Part shown: positions 1 to 13,364 of the stretch, one piece after another
How positions within the stretch are numbered: the first letter of the stretch is position 1
How the letters are laid out: each line of letters begins with the position of its first letter
Assembly: GCF_006345805.1 (NCBI RefSeq)
Contig: NC_043022.1
Location: 10,974,001 to 11,038,000, forward strand
From: Octopus sinensis
Lineage: Eukaryota
Direction of reading: 5' to 3'
Length of the DNA stretch: 64,000 nucleotides
Position numbers and translations under genes: made by a program
Notes under the pieces: model-generated
The model's database searches: none
Told to the model about the DNA's origin: nothing
Seen by the model: the letters and a program-made list of their open reading frames with translations, nothing else

Positions 1-75
1 TACATATAATATATACATTATATATTATATATATATACTATATATATATACATATTATATATAACATATATATAT

Positions 76-107
<32 letters not shown>

Positions 108-494
108 CATATATATATATACATATATTATACAACTATAATATCAGTTTTTATACATATATATAATATACATATAATATATATACTATATATATACCAT
201 ATATATATACATATAATATACACATATATATACATATATATATATACATATATATATACTATATATAATACATATATATATATATACATATATATATATA
301 CATATACACATATACATATATATATAATATAAATAAATATATATACATATATATATCATATATATATATACATATATATATATACTATACATATACATAT
401 ATAATATATATATATAATTTATACATATATATATACATATATAGATATACACATATATATATACACATATATATATATACACATATATATATAC

Positions 495-527
<33 letters not shown>

Positions 528-780
528 CATATATATAATACATTTATATTACATATATATATACATATATATAGATACACATATATATATACATATATAT
601 ATATATATACATATATATAGATACATATGTATATATACATATATATATATACACATATATATATACATATATATATATACATACATAGTATATATATATA
701 CATACATATATATAATACATATATATATATACATACATATATATATATACTATATATATATTATATACATATATATGTGA
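1..780. repeat. Compound (TA)n/(TATACA)n microsatellite
   Basis: Near-pure alternating purine-pyrimidine tract. Confidence 0.95.
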
Positions 781-1230
781 ATAGAAAGAAAATGAATAAT
801 CTTGTAGCAGATTAATCAAAAGTTTAACCGATACCTTGGTAGCAAAAATCACAGCAGAAGACAGCACGGTTGGAGGTACAACCATATGGTGTTGCAACTG
901 TGCGTTGTGCGATAATTGAAATTAAAATATTATTGGTGAATTGAAGAAATGGAGCTGAACGAAGATTGAACAGAAATCGTTTTATTTCATTCTACAGTTT
1001 TGCCATGGGCTCTTAGGAGCTTAGTTCGATTTGTTTTGCTCCGCCTCTGTTCTGTTTTTGTTTTTTCCAACGGATTTCCTATTTCTTCCTGAAGAGAAAG
1101 ACACAATATGGTCCTCATTATCAATCGGATTTTGGTAAATTGTGCCTTTCGAAACACGTGTAGAATGAATAAAACGATTTCTGTTTCAATCTTCGTTCAG
1201 CTCCATTTCTTCAATTCACCAATAATATTT
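781..1230 (+). mobile_element. Penelope-like element terminal (pLTR) fragment with inverted segment, inserted in (TA)n
   Basis: Hammerhead, plus ~72 bp inverted repeat 925-996 versus 1159-1230. Confidence 0.55.
1081..1170 (+). ncRNA. Type I hammerhead ribozyme, intact core (PLE-associated type)
   Basis: stem I atttcttc/gaatgaat; CTGAAGA; stem II gaaag.cacaat/attgtg.ctttc; GAAA; helix III C-ACGT-G; GTA cleavage triplet. Confidence 0.8.
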
Positions 1231-1713
1231 CATATACATATATATATATACATATATATATATATACATATACATATATATATATATACATATACATATA
1301 TATATATATACATATACATATATATATACATATACATATATATATACATATACATATATATATATACATATACATATATATATATACATATACATATATA
1401 TATATATACATATACATATTACATATACATATATACATATACATATATATATACATATATACATATACATATATATATACATATATATATATACATATAC
1501 ATATATATATATATACATATATATATACATATATATACATATATATATACATATATATACATATATATATACATATATATACATATATATATACATATAT
1601 ACATATATATATATACATTACATATATATATATACATATAATATATACATATACATATTATATATACATATATATATATACATACATATATATATACATA
1701 CATATATATATAC

Positions 1714-1781
<68 letters not shown>

Positions 1782-2266
1782 AACATATATCTATACATAT
1801 ATATATATACATATATATATATACATATATACATATATATATATACATATATATATATACTATATATATACATATATATAACATATATATATATACATAT
1901 ATAATATAACATATATATATACATATATATATACATATATATATATACATATATATATATACATATATATATATACATATATATATATATACATATATAT
2001 ATATACACATATATATATACATAATATTATATACATATATATATACATATATATATATACATATATATATATACATATATATATATACATATTATATATA
2101 TCATATATATATATATAACATATATATATATATACACATATATATATATACCACATATATATATATACATATATATATACATACATATAATATATATATA
2201 CATATATATATATACATATATATACATAATATATATATATACATATATATATATACATATATATAC

Positions 2267-2299
<33 letters not shown>

Positions 2300-2504
2300 C
2301 ATATATATACATATATATATTATATATACAAGATATATATATATATACAGTTATATATATACCTATATATATTATACATATATATATATATATACATATC
2401 ATATATAATATACATATATATATATACATATATATATAATATATATATATACATATATATATATAGATACATATATATACATATATATATATACATATAT
2501 ATAC

Positions 2505-2541
<37 letters not shown>

Positions 2542-2866
2542 TATATATACAGATAATATATATATACATATATTATATATATATATACCATATATATAAT
2601 ACATATATATATATATACAGATATATATATATACCTATATATATATATATTACAGATATTATTACAGATATAATAATATATATATACATATTAATATTAT
2701 ACATATATTATATATATACATATATATATACATATATATATACTATATATATACATATATAATACTACATATATATATACATATCCTATATTATATACAT
2801 ATATATATATATACATATATATATACATATTATATATATACATATATATATACATATAATATACCA

Positions 2867-2900
<34 letters not shown>

Positions 2901-2901
2901 C

Positions 2902-2932
<31 letters not shown>

Positions 2933-3070
2933 ATATATATACTATATATATAATACACATATATATATATATCCATATATATAGATATCATTTATATATA
3001 TATTACATATATAATACTTATATATATATATATATAACATATATACATATATATATACATATATATATAA
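1231..3070. repeat. Compound (TA)n/(TATACA)n microsatellite, ~1.8 kb
   Basis: Direct reading; source of the YIYI ORFs. Confidence 0.95.
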
Positions 3071-3400
3071 AGTATAGAAACCCTCTTAACATGGCTAACC
3101 ACATAGGGGAGGGGGTGTTACTGTAAGCTTTATAGCCCCAGGAGATCGTCGTCTCCAGCTGGCTTTAGACACCATTTCAGTGCCCTTGAAGTATTTGCAA
3201 AGGGAGGCCATCCCTTCCTCGCAAGCCTGAGTGATACACTCGGACTAGTTTCGGGATTTTTTGTCCCTTGTCAATGGGCTGTAACCACCAGGTCGCGATG
3301 AAAGAGAAGGCCGCCTTGCAAATATATAAGAGTTTTTCTAGCTGTGGATACGTGTTTCTACCTCAATAGACATCATCAGCATGACAACTGTCCTAAGAAT
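3065..3400 (-). mobile_element. Probable PLE terminal fragment
   Basis: Carries a hammerhead; ~50 bp are shared with 16405-16455; abuts (TA)n. Confidence 0.45.
3341..3385 (-). ncRNA. Type I hammerhead ribozyme, degenerate
   Basis: CTGATGA tgtct-attg-aggta GAAA C-ACGT-A TC cacagc; helix III C-G pair broken and stem I only partly paired. Confidence 0.6.
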
Positions 3401-4534
3401 ATTGCTACTCATGTTTTTAGAAATTAAGTATTTAAAAAAAATATCACAAAATGTAATGATCCATAGAAATAATTTAAATATCAAATTACTAGTTTTAAAA
3501 AAGTGTAAGTTATAGAGAAAAATGTAAAAAGAAAAAAATTAATTTTCAGTTAAAAAACTACTGCACAATTTAATATCATAGAAATATATTTGAAAATAGA
3601 TTTATCTATTTTCAGAATTACTAAAAATGAAAAGCAATATTATTAATAAAACCTCAAAAAATTAATTAGAAATAGACTTTTTATAATTTCATCTGATGTA
3701 ATGGGAAATAGGAGATTCAGAGATAAAGCAAATTACCTGCAGATGGCAGCATCAAAACACTATCTATTTAAATATTACAAGTTCAAATTACTTTGGAATT
3801 ATGGAACTTAGTAAAAAAATGTTTTATACATTATTTAATGAAAAAATGTTAAATACTACTTAGAAAAGATCAAATATAATCTAAATGTTATGGAAAATAA
3901 GTTAAAATGGATAGGTTAGGATTACTAAATATTACACCACTATCTACTAATCTATCTAAATATATTTCTAGACGCCCCAGCATGGTCACAGTCTAATGAG
4001 TGAAACAAAATCTATTCCCCAATCTATCTACAAATCTCTCACTGTCTCACAGCCAGTTACCATCCACCCATTTCTCTCCATTCTGTATGTCTCAGTTACA
4101 GGCCTTTTCTCTATGTCCTACATCCTGCTGTAGTGCACCACTTTTATTTTCCTATGTCAGTATCTCTTAGAACCCAATGTTGCTGCAACATTCCTTCTCT
4201 CTTTCCAGTCATCATCTACTACCTCATCTTTCTCTCTCTTTTCACAAGGTATCACTATCTTCCTCTCCTACCCACCAACTTCCTGTTTTCCTTCTGTAAG
4301 TTTTTTCTTCTCTTGACCATTGCAGTGATTGGATGTGCTGGCTTTTTGCTCTTGGCTTGTTTCTTTTCTAACACTGAAAGGCTCATTACTAATTTCTCTC
4401 ATTGTTTTACTTTGTGCAAGTTGTCTGAAATATATCATTTATGTTCACAGACTATTTTTATGTTTCCTTGTTCATTTTGTATCAAATTTTTTTACCATTA
4501 TTTGCACAACTTACCTCAAATTTATTGTTTAGGT

Positions 4535-4752
4535 CAATGGTACTCAATTGGGGTCTGAATGACCTTTGGGCACTCACATAAGATTTTATTGTTAAAAATT
4601 TGTGTGCAATAAATTGGTTATACTTCAACAATACACATAATATTTTAACAATCTTTTTATACAATTCCTAAACACTGAAAGACTATGAGGGTCCACTGGA
4701 GTAAAATAGGAATTAAAGGGGTCCATAGGCAAAACATAGTAGAGAACCACTG
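4535..4752. mobile_element. hAT-like MITE
   Basis: caatggt...accactg ends; imperfect 8-bp TSD gtttaggt/gtttaaat; homologous to 23709-23965. Confidence 0.6.
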
Positions 4753-5980
4753 GTTTAAATTGAAAAACAACTTATATTGCATGGTTTGTTTTGTAGTTTT
4801 CCTATTTCCATCTTGGTATATCGTCTTTGTCTGATTTTCATGTACACTTGTTTATACCCAGGCAGCTTCAATATACTTTGAAATTACTGGAATAAACAAT
4901 AGTGTCATAGGTGTGCTAGTGGATTCATATGTTTATTTTTACATTTGCTCTTTTTTTTTAATGCTAGCATGGGTTAGATGACCATATCATTGAAACATTG
5001 TTTTGCAAACAAAATCTTTTATTCCAAACATTTTCAAAGGCACAAACGCAGCAGATGATATACATATGTATCAACGTTCCATTCCTCTGCCAACTTCCTT
5101 ATCTCTCTATGTCTTTCACCCATCATGAAGCCCATGCGTAAGAGACAATCTCGTGACCGCTGTATCTGTGATGTCATCATGAAAAGAGACCTTCCAACAC
5201 TTTTACAGTGCAAAGAACTTATTGGAGGCTGCCATCAGTCATGAGTGTCAAGGCTGGAATAAACAAGCTCACTTGATTCTGGCCAGCAGTCACTTCTGTG
5301 GCCATGTAAGAACCGTCATTGGGGATGAAGTTAGTTTTGTGCAATGACTTGTCTCCCTGATGTGTCTAGGTGAACATATGAACCAGTTTTCTGAGAGGGT
5401 GTTGCTTTTTTTATTTCATATCTTGTTTTTCTTTGTGATTTGTTTTGTCCCCAAATAACTGACATACCCTGTGACTGTGAGTGTGTGTGCATGCAAGTGT
5501 GTCTGTGTGTGTGTATGCATTATATATATGTTGGCATAGGTTGGATGAGGCTTCTTGAGGCTCTATTCTACAGCTGAACTTTTTAGTTTACCATAGTTTA
5601 CACTTATTAGTTATCCTGAAGCTGCAGTTGAAGACACATATCCAAGATACCATGCCAAAGCATGACACAGTCCTTGGATAGGTTGAATCCTGTAAAACTA
5701 TTCATCCCCATGTCAGCATGGAAGATGGGCATTAAAGATGATTATGGCATGTATTATAGTTTTGATTACAGGGGATCCATAAAAGGATTGAGACATCAAA
5801 GTGAAACACACTACAAATTAGCAAGACAATGATGCAAAACAGACAATTGATCCATTATCATAGCACAGGATGCATCAATGAAGAGTAGTTCTCTCTAGTT
5901 AGGTAAACCACAATCCCAAAAGTATCCAACGAGGAGGGAAACCTTAAGCATGGTGTAAAAGCAATAAAAGCAATGACTTG

Positions 5981-6488
5981 ATTATTCGGTATTGCTATAA
6001 TTGTTTCGTTACAAGTCTTTATTGTGATGTAAGCATAATACACAATAGCCATAAAATAATGTAACATGTTACACAGCTCTTAACGTATCAAGCTACCAAA
6101 TAAACAAACAAGGAGTGACATACTGATTAACCCTAAAGCATTTAAACTGGCCATAACTGGCTCAAATATTCTACATGCTTTATGTTCAAACTGACCAGAT
6201 TTGACTTCTCACACATACTCTACAATGTCATTTTAAAAATACAACAGCCACATCATCGAAATCTCAAAGCTAATTAACTCAAAACAATATGAAAATAAAT
6301 AAGCATTATATTTGACAGAGTAATCTGTATGTTAAAGGGTTAATAAACATGTCACAACTTGCTTGTTTATTTGGTAGTCTGATAAATAAAGAGCTTATGG
6401 ATGTTGTGCATACTGCGCACCTAACTGTACTATACTTATATCACAATAAAGACTTGTAATGAAACAATTATAGCAATACCAGATAACC
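5981..6488. repeat. Foldback element: diverged inverted arms 5981-6121 and 6349-6488
   Basis: ggtattgctataattgtttc(g/a)ttacaagtctttattgtgat and accaaataaacaa...gtgacat occur in inverted orientation. Confidence 0.7.
6131..6339. mobile_element. piggyBac-like MITE
   Basis: TTAA|CCCT...AGGG|TTAA. Confidence 0.7.
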
Positions 6489-7299
6489 CATTCATCTGTT
6501 TTGCTATATATTTAGACACAGGCATGGCTGTATGGTTCAGAAGTTTGGTCCCCAACCTCATAGTTTGAGTTCAATTCTACTGCAAAGCACTTTTGTCAAG
6601 TGTCTTCTACTAAGCTCTGGAACAATCAAAGCCTTGTGAATGGATTTGGTAGATGGAAAGTGAAAAAAAACCTACCAAATATACATGTATGTATATGTCT
6701 CCTAGTCTTGACATTGTAAATGAGCATCACCATTATTTCCAATCTTCTGTGCAAACATACTTGGTCGTGGGGAAATATTATTCTGCTTTCAAACAGTTGA
6801 GGGCTGACAGCAGGATGGGCATCTAGCCATAGAAAATCTATCTCAACAATTATCATCAGACCCATGCAAACATAGAAAAGTGGATATGAAAATGAAGATG
6901 ATGGCATACCATATATGTACATATATATACATACATGTGCATTTTTAATTAAAATATGAAGCAAAAAATGTGAGTGTGAGTGTGTTTGTTTAGTGATACC
7001 TCCTTCATAGAGTAATTTTATGTACCTCAGGGTATGTTTACTAGACACGCTTACACAGATGTATATGCTTTCATCAGTTGATAAGCTGAGATTATAATTA
7101 TTCCTTCATCCTATTCAGTAGTTTATGATATCTGTACTAAGTACTTTTACTTCTAGTTTGTACACTGAAATGTTCACACAGACACACACACACAATTTAA
7201 GCACGTGGGAACATGCATGGGAGATGGGTGTTAAGAGATGATGATATATAGAGAGATACTTATATTAAATATGCGTGTCTGTGTGTGTATATTATATAT

Positions 7300-7333
<34 letters not shown>

Positions 7334-9963
7334 AGCAATAATAAATCTCTGAACGAGGTATATATATACTATATATATATATAGTATATTAAATATATAT
7401 TTCATCATTATCATTATATTGTAAATAGTGCTGGTGGAGTAAACAGGAAAATAGAACTCAGAACATGAGTATTTATATATATTGTAAATATATATACACA
7501 CATGACATATGTATACATATTCAAATGCATTTATGTGTGTATTTACACATACACATGCTCACACACAAATGCATTTGTATATATATATATAAATATATAT
7601 ATATGTTGGGAGTATGTATATATATCATATGTATATGCTTACACCCAACTCTCTCTCTATCTATCTGTACATATGACATCATCTCACAGATGTTTGTGTG
7701 TTTGTAAGCTAATTCTTTGCAAAAGTACGTGTATCAAATTTCAAAGCAATCTATATATTTATAGAAGATTCATATTTTTTTAATTAACATTTAACTTAAT
7801 TAAAATTGAATTAGTGAGCTACTTAGAAGACTGAATATTTAGAAGACAGAAATATTAGGATCTTTTCACTGAACATTTACTTCTTCTTCTGGCATATTTT
7901 GAAATATTCACATTCTTATGTATTGAATATACATCCTGCCAGTGAGTTAATTTTGCCTTTCAACCTCACTTCTCAGTTGCAATGATGGTGATGAAGACGA
8001 TGATGTCTATGACGACAATGGTGACAAAGATAACTTCTTTTTGTCATTAGCTGAGGTAGTTGTTGATGCCTCTCACTTGCATTATCTTCTTTATATTCTG
8101 TCACAAGTCATTCGTAGGCTCAAAGCTACAACAGCAAACACTTGGCCACGGTGCTATGCATTGAGATAGTACCTGTAAACACATGATCATGATGTATCTA
8201 CATAACCATGCCTACCTCTCACTCTTTTAATATACATATAATCATTGTTTCAATGCTTACTTTCCCATGTTTGCATGACTTAGATGGAACTCAGCGAAGT
8301 AGATTTGCTAGGGCTGGATGCTCTTCCAGTCACTAAACTTTATCTGTTCCCAAGCTAAGTAATATTTCCCCATGACTGGATATAGTTTCATGGAAGACTG
8401 GAAACGAAGGATAATATTTGTAGAACAGTGATGCTCATTTACAACTATCACATGAAGTCAAGACAGGGAGACAGAAACACACTCATATATGTACAGGTAC
8501 ATATATACAAACACACAAGCACATTATATATAACAAGCTTCTTTCAGTTTCTAAGTATAACATTCACTTAGTGGAGGTAAGGTACTTGGTTTAGTGGTTA
8601 GGGTGTTGGACTCATGATCATAAACATTGTGGTCTCTATTCCTGGACCAGGCAATTCTTGAGTAAAACATTTCATTTCATGTTCCTCCTGTTCACTTAGC
8701 TGGCAAAAATGAGTATTCCTGCCACAAAGTGGTGTCTCATTCAGTGGGGATTACATATACCAGAGAATCCAGGAGACTGGCCCTATGAGCCTACATGACT
8801 TGGGAAGGAGAGTTTTTTGTTTTTTTAAATCCACTTAAATGACTTTAATTGGCCCAAGGCTCTAGTAGAAGACACTTACTCAAGCTGTCACACTGAGGCT
8901 GAACCCTAAACCATGTACTTCAGAAGTGAACTTCTTAACTACTACTACTGCTGCTTTTTTTTAATTAACCACAAGCGTTCACAAAAAGACTGATGATAGT
9001 CCAATATGTTATAGGGTTTGATTGCTTAATAACATAAGACATTATTTTTCACAATAATAATCATTTCTATCAAATTTTTTGGGAGAGTGCAGTTGATATA
9101 ACTGAATGAAATACTTCTTTGACACTTGTTTCAGAGACCCTGTCTTGATCCTGATGGGATTTGAACTCTGAAGACAAGGAGACATAACTAACTGTGCAGT
9201 ATTTTTGTCTGTCATTCTACCAGTTCTGTCCTTCACTGCCCTTTATGATATCAAATACAAAGACTAAATGAAAATCAGTGCATTTAATCTCTGTTCTACC
9301 TTGACTTATTTTCAGAGAGTGATAGAAAGAAAGCACAGATAGAATTTAAGGTAAACCAGAAAAAAAAAACCCTGCAATTTTGAAATGATAATGATGGTAG
9401 TGCCTTACATCAATTAAAACCATTAAAAGAACCTGAAACCAAAATTATGATGATGGAGATAGATGAAGATGGTCAAACAGTTCAGAACATGTGAACATAT
9501 TTAATGTTAATAACATTTATATGTTTAAAATATATTTTAGTTTTGATATAAAACAATAATATTGTGGTTATGCCAAGAATATCTTTTGGTACTTTAGCAT
9601 TTGTCACATCCTTGTCAGTGACTGCATGATATATAATTTGTTTATTAGTGGTAGTTTAATGTTATCTTCATCAAATCATGATAGGGGAATCTTAAATTGC
9701 TACATTAACAGTTAAGTAACTCTCTGAAAATATGCAAGAATGTAAGTCCAGTATATTCTATAGATAAATGTTTGTTTTAAGCATACAGACATACAGATAT
9801 GTTTTAAATATTAAATATGTTTTTACAAACTAAACTGTTTCATTATCATGCTTTATGGTATTTAATTAATATATCTAGATATGTCTAAATAAACATGTGC
9901 AGACATACTTAGATATACATAGACATATACAACAAAACTTTTATATCTTTATTTTCTACTTGC

Positions 9964-10160
9964 CGTTTCTAAACTTGAATCAGAGAAGCTGAAGATGTAA
10001 TTAGTTCTCAGAGGACCAGGTAGTTTTGGGTGCCACACAATTTCTAACTTTACACTAGAATAAGGACCAATATAACCAGAACTTTCTTTCCCAACTGAAA
10101 TGTCAATATCCTCTTCATCCATGTCGTCTAAGGATTCTTCCTGCTCTATGTTACTAGAAA
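9964..10160 (-). CDS. CFAP74: CFAP74 coding exon 19 (probable GC donor); gene incomplete in window
   Basis: tttttctcaaag|...ACG|gcaagt; 197 nt; DIDISVGKESSGYIGPYSSVKLEIVWHPKLPGP (recalled EITLGEVTEGEIGPFSSIKVPIVFTPVVPG). Confidence 0.85.
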
Positions 10161-11566
10161 CTTTGAGAAAAAGACATACAAAAAGAAAAAATTTAGAACT
10201 TTTTATTGTTGTTGAATAGTCACAGGTTGAAAAACAAAAAATATTTATTTTATTTTATATCATATTTTGTGAACACTAACATTTTTGATTATGGGTCTCA
10301 AATGGGACAATTGCTATTTCACTGCATTGACAATGGCTAGTCAGTTACAATATTATCGGTGTGACTTGGAAAAAATAAATTTCACTGGGGATTCATCTTG
10401 AAAAGCACTGGTTTATTAGTTTTCACAATGATTATATTTTCTGTTGACATATTTTGTCAAAAGATACACACACATATATATATCATGAACTTCTGCCCAG
10501 AATACATGAATCACATTCTACTCTCAAAGTATTGGTCAACCACGGCTATAGGAAAAGATTTGTTCAAGATGCCAAACAAAAGGTGTGAACTTAGAACAGC
10601 ACAGTTATACTGGAAACTTATGCATACAACTGTATGTTTATGTTGATAGAGATGTTTTAAATCTGTTGTTGAGTAGTCCTAGGTCAGTTCTGCTAGAGCA
10701 GTTACAGCACAGGAACTGATGAAATGAAGAATTTTATTGGATTTTTAAATCCTAATTTAATGTTTTTTGTGAGGCCATCATAGTAGCCAAAGATAATCAG
10801 AGAGAGGAGACAGCACAACTGTGGGTTAAGGATGAAGTATGTTTTTAGTGATTTAATGCCAGTCAGTCAAGTAATCCTTCTCTGATGCAGACCAGGACGT
10901 CTGTGTGTATGGAGGATCACCATTCTGGTTGTGGGAGCAGCACTCAACTAATGGCAACGCTTGAGCACTGTCAGTCTTATTCTGGCCTCCTAAACAGAAG
11001 CTTCCTCAGCCTTAGTGTAGATTTTTTATGCTTTAATAGATTAGTCAGAGGAAGGAAAGCAACTCTTGTGGCTTACTCAAAACCTGCAACACCAGTTTAA
11101 ACAAAGTGGGTAAATTATCTGAAGACCAGAAATATGGCTTGATTGTTTGCAACAGATAGTAATCTGTTAAAGACAACTCAGGGGCCAGATGATGGTAGTG
11201 ATGTTAAAGTATGTGACTGAGCCAACCATCCAGGAACAATGCTAGTCTCTCCAACTACCATACAGTTTCCATTTACAAAATTTTACTCAGAAGGTTTTGA
11301 TTAGCCTTATGCTATGATTGATGACGCTTGCCCCAAATGCTGTGCAGTGGGATTAGAACCATTAAAAAGCAGATCCTTTATCAGAATTGCTGAAGCAGAG
11401 ATGCAAGAATCCCCAAGTAAATATGTACATGTAAAGAATTAGGGTAAAAGGGAATTGTTCAGAGCAGGTGTCCTTAATCATTATCCATGGATTTGATCTC
11501 AATAAATACGACATAATCCTCATGAAAAATGAATAAATAAATAGAGTAGGAGATATTAGGACTTAC

Positions 11567-11621
11567 TTTGCTGATCATCAGAGGATCTTGCATAAGATTC
11601 TTTTGAAAAGTGTTCATCTTT
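11567..11621 (-). CDS. CFAP74: CFAP74 coding exon 18
   Basis: tttttatatag|...|gtaagt; 55 nt, phase 0-1; KDEHFSKESYARSSDDQQ. Confidence 0.7.
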
Positions 11622-11690
11622 CTATATAAAAACAGACATTAAAATAAAGATAGGTATGAGGTAGTTTTGTGTATGTGTGTGAGAGAGAGA

Positions 11691-11734
<44 letters not shown>

Positions 11735-11760
11735 GATGATGTACTTTTCACTGTTTAACC

Positions 11761-12130
11761 CCTCAAGCCAAGACAGAAAAATATAGGAAAACATTTTTTA
11801 GATTCTTTAAAAACATAGGACTCCCATTATCTATAGAAGAGGAACATAACTCAGTTAACTTTCTTGATGTTAATTTAGATCTAAGTACAGGTATACACAG
11901 GCCTTATTATAAACCTAATACAAAGCTTAGATACATTCATAAAAATAGCAATCACCCAAAAAGTATAACCTGATCAATAGTAGAAAATATATCAATCCGA
12001 ATTAATAAACTCTCAGTGAACAAGGAAGTATTTAAACTAAATGAGGACTTTTATCATTTTGCATTAGAGAAGGCAGGATATAGAGAAAAATTAAAATTCC
12101 TTAACAGTAGTAATAGTACAAATAGTATAA
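11761..12130 (+). mobile_element. Penelope-like RT fragment (pseudogene)
   Basis: VNFLDVNLDLSTGIHRPYYKPNTKLRYIHKNSNHPKSIT*SIVENISIRI...FALEKAGYREKLKF, typical PLE RT C-terminal/thumb motifs; one stop. Confidence 0.8.
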
Positions 12131-12263
12131 GTAGCAAGATGGACCATAATGTCAATAATCATGATAGTATGCTTGATATGGAAAATGCCACTAATCAAAT
12201 ACAGCTTATTTTTGAAAATTGCCAGACATCGGTTGAGGACTCTACCCCGCAGAAGATTTCAAT

Positions 12264-12530
12264 ATGGATGCCTATTACATCGATTATTCTATGAGAAACA
12301 TACCTATACCATCAAGGGAACTATACTCTACGAAAATTTTGGAGAAAATTACAGACCTGATTAAGCGCATGAGATGGTAAGCTTTCTTTTACAACACGGA
12401 AAAGGGGGTCATTTTTTATAGCTTTTTTCCGATGGTCGGATAACTGAAGAGATGGCAGCATGGATTTCCACCTTGGCATCCAAAACTCGGAGTTTTATCA
12501 TGGCTACCGAATAATTGTCACATATTACAT
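12264..12530 (+). mobile_element. PLE ORF N-terminus followed by a hammerhead
   Basis: MDAYYIDYSMRNIPIPSRELYSTKILEKITDLIKRMRW*AFF matches the recalled PLE N-terminal motif YSxKNIPIP...KRMRWKA. Confidence 0.7.
12439..12499 (+). ncRNA. Type I hammerhead ribozyme, core mutated (GAAA to AAAA)
   Basis: gataa CTGAAGA gatg...catc c AAAA C-TCGGA-G TT ttatc; stem I gataa/ttatc is perfect. Confidence 0.55.
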
Positions 12531-12606
12531 TTACAGGTAAATTCCTCTATTTACATAATATCAAGGTCTCTTTCTTTCTTTTGTTGTCTTACCATTTTCA
12601 TCTCTC

Positions 12607-12644
<38 letters not shown>

Positions 12645-12994
12645 AGTAGAATAGTTAGTAGGCTGTTGTGTAGACGTGTATGTGTGTGTGTGTATATGGG
12701 TATATATATATATATATATGCATATGGGTAAATGGATATGAATGTAAACAGATAGATAGGTACATAGGTTATATGAACAAACAACCACACATACACAAAT
12801 GAAGACTGAAATACATGACCATATACACACATGCACACTTCACACAAGGACACATATGAAGACACACATCCGTACATAAAAGACACATATACATAGTCAC
12901 AAAACCCCATACACAGACACACTCAAGCATGCACACACAGAGACAGAGATGCACACACACACATACATACAAACGTACACACACATATATACAT

Positions 12995-13025
<31 letters not shown>

Positions 13026-13338
13026 TACATAAATAAATACATACATATGTGTATGCACACACACACACTGACCCACAGACTTGTGTACAAACAAAAAGAA
13101 TGCAGCTTGGATAACGGACAAGATGCAATGGAAATTTTGGAAAAAGTAAAGAAGTAAATGAGTGGAAACTGAACTGGTGAGTGTGTCAAATAAAAAGGCA
13201 CCAAAAAAGAATGACCCTCTCCAGACACAGCAAAATAGTAAACATATATAACGTGAACACACATACAGGAAAACTTGTTGGAAATTGCATGTAATGATGT
13301 AAAAACAGAGAAAAGGGAGATGATAGTGATACCCCTAC

Positions 13339-13364
13339 CTTAGTCTTTAAAAACATTTTCTCAG
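13339..13364 (-). CDS. CFAP74: CFAP74 coding exon 17 (26-nt microexon)
   Basis: tttttctattttccag|CTGAGAAAATGTTTTTAAAGACTAAG|gtaggg; bridges phase 1 to 0, which is required because a direct exon 16-18 join creates TAA. Confidence 0.6.

Noticed and set aside
186-2960. Many long YIYI/CIY ORFs
   Set aside because: Translation artefacts of (TA)n/(TATACA)n tracts that happen to lack stops
3736-3763. Possible microexon (DSVLMLPSA) with ctgcag|gtaatt donor
   Set aside because: Too short, needs phase-1 entry, and has no convincing similarity to the expected next CFAP74 segment
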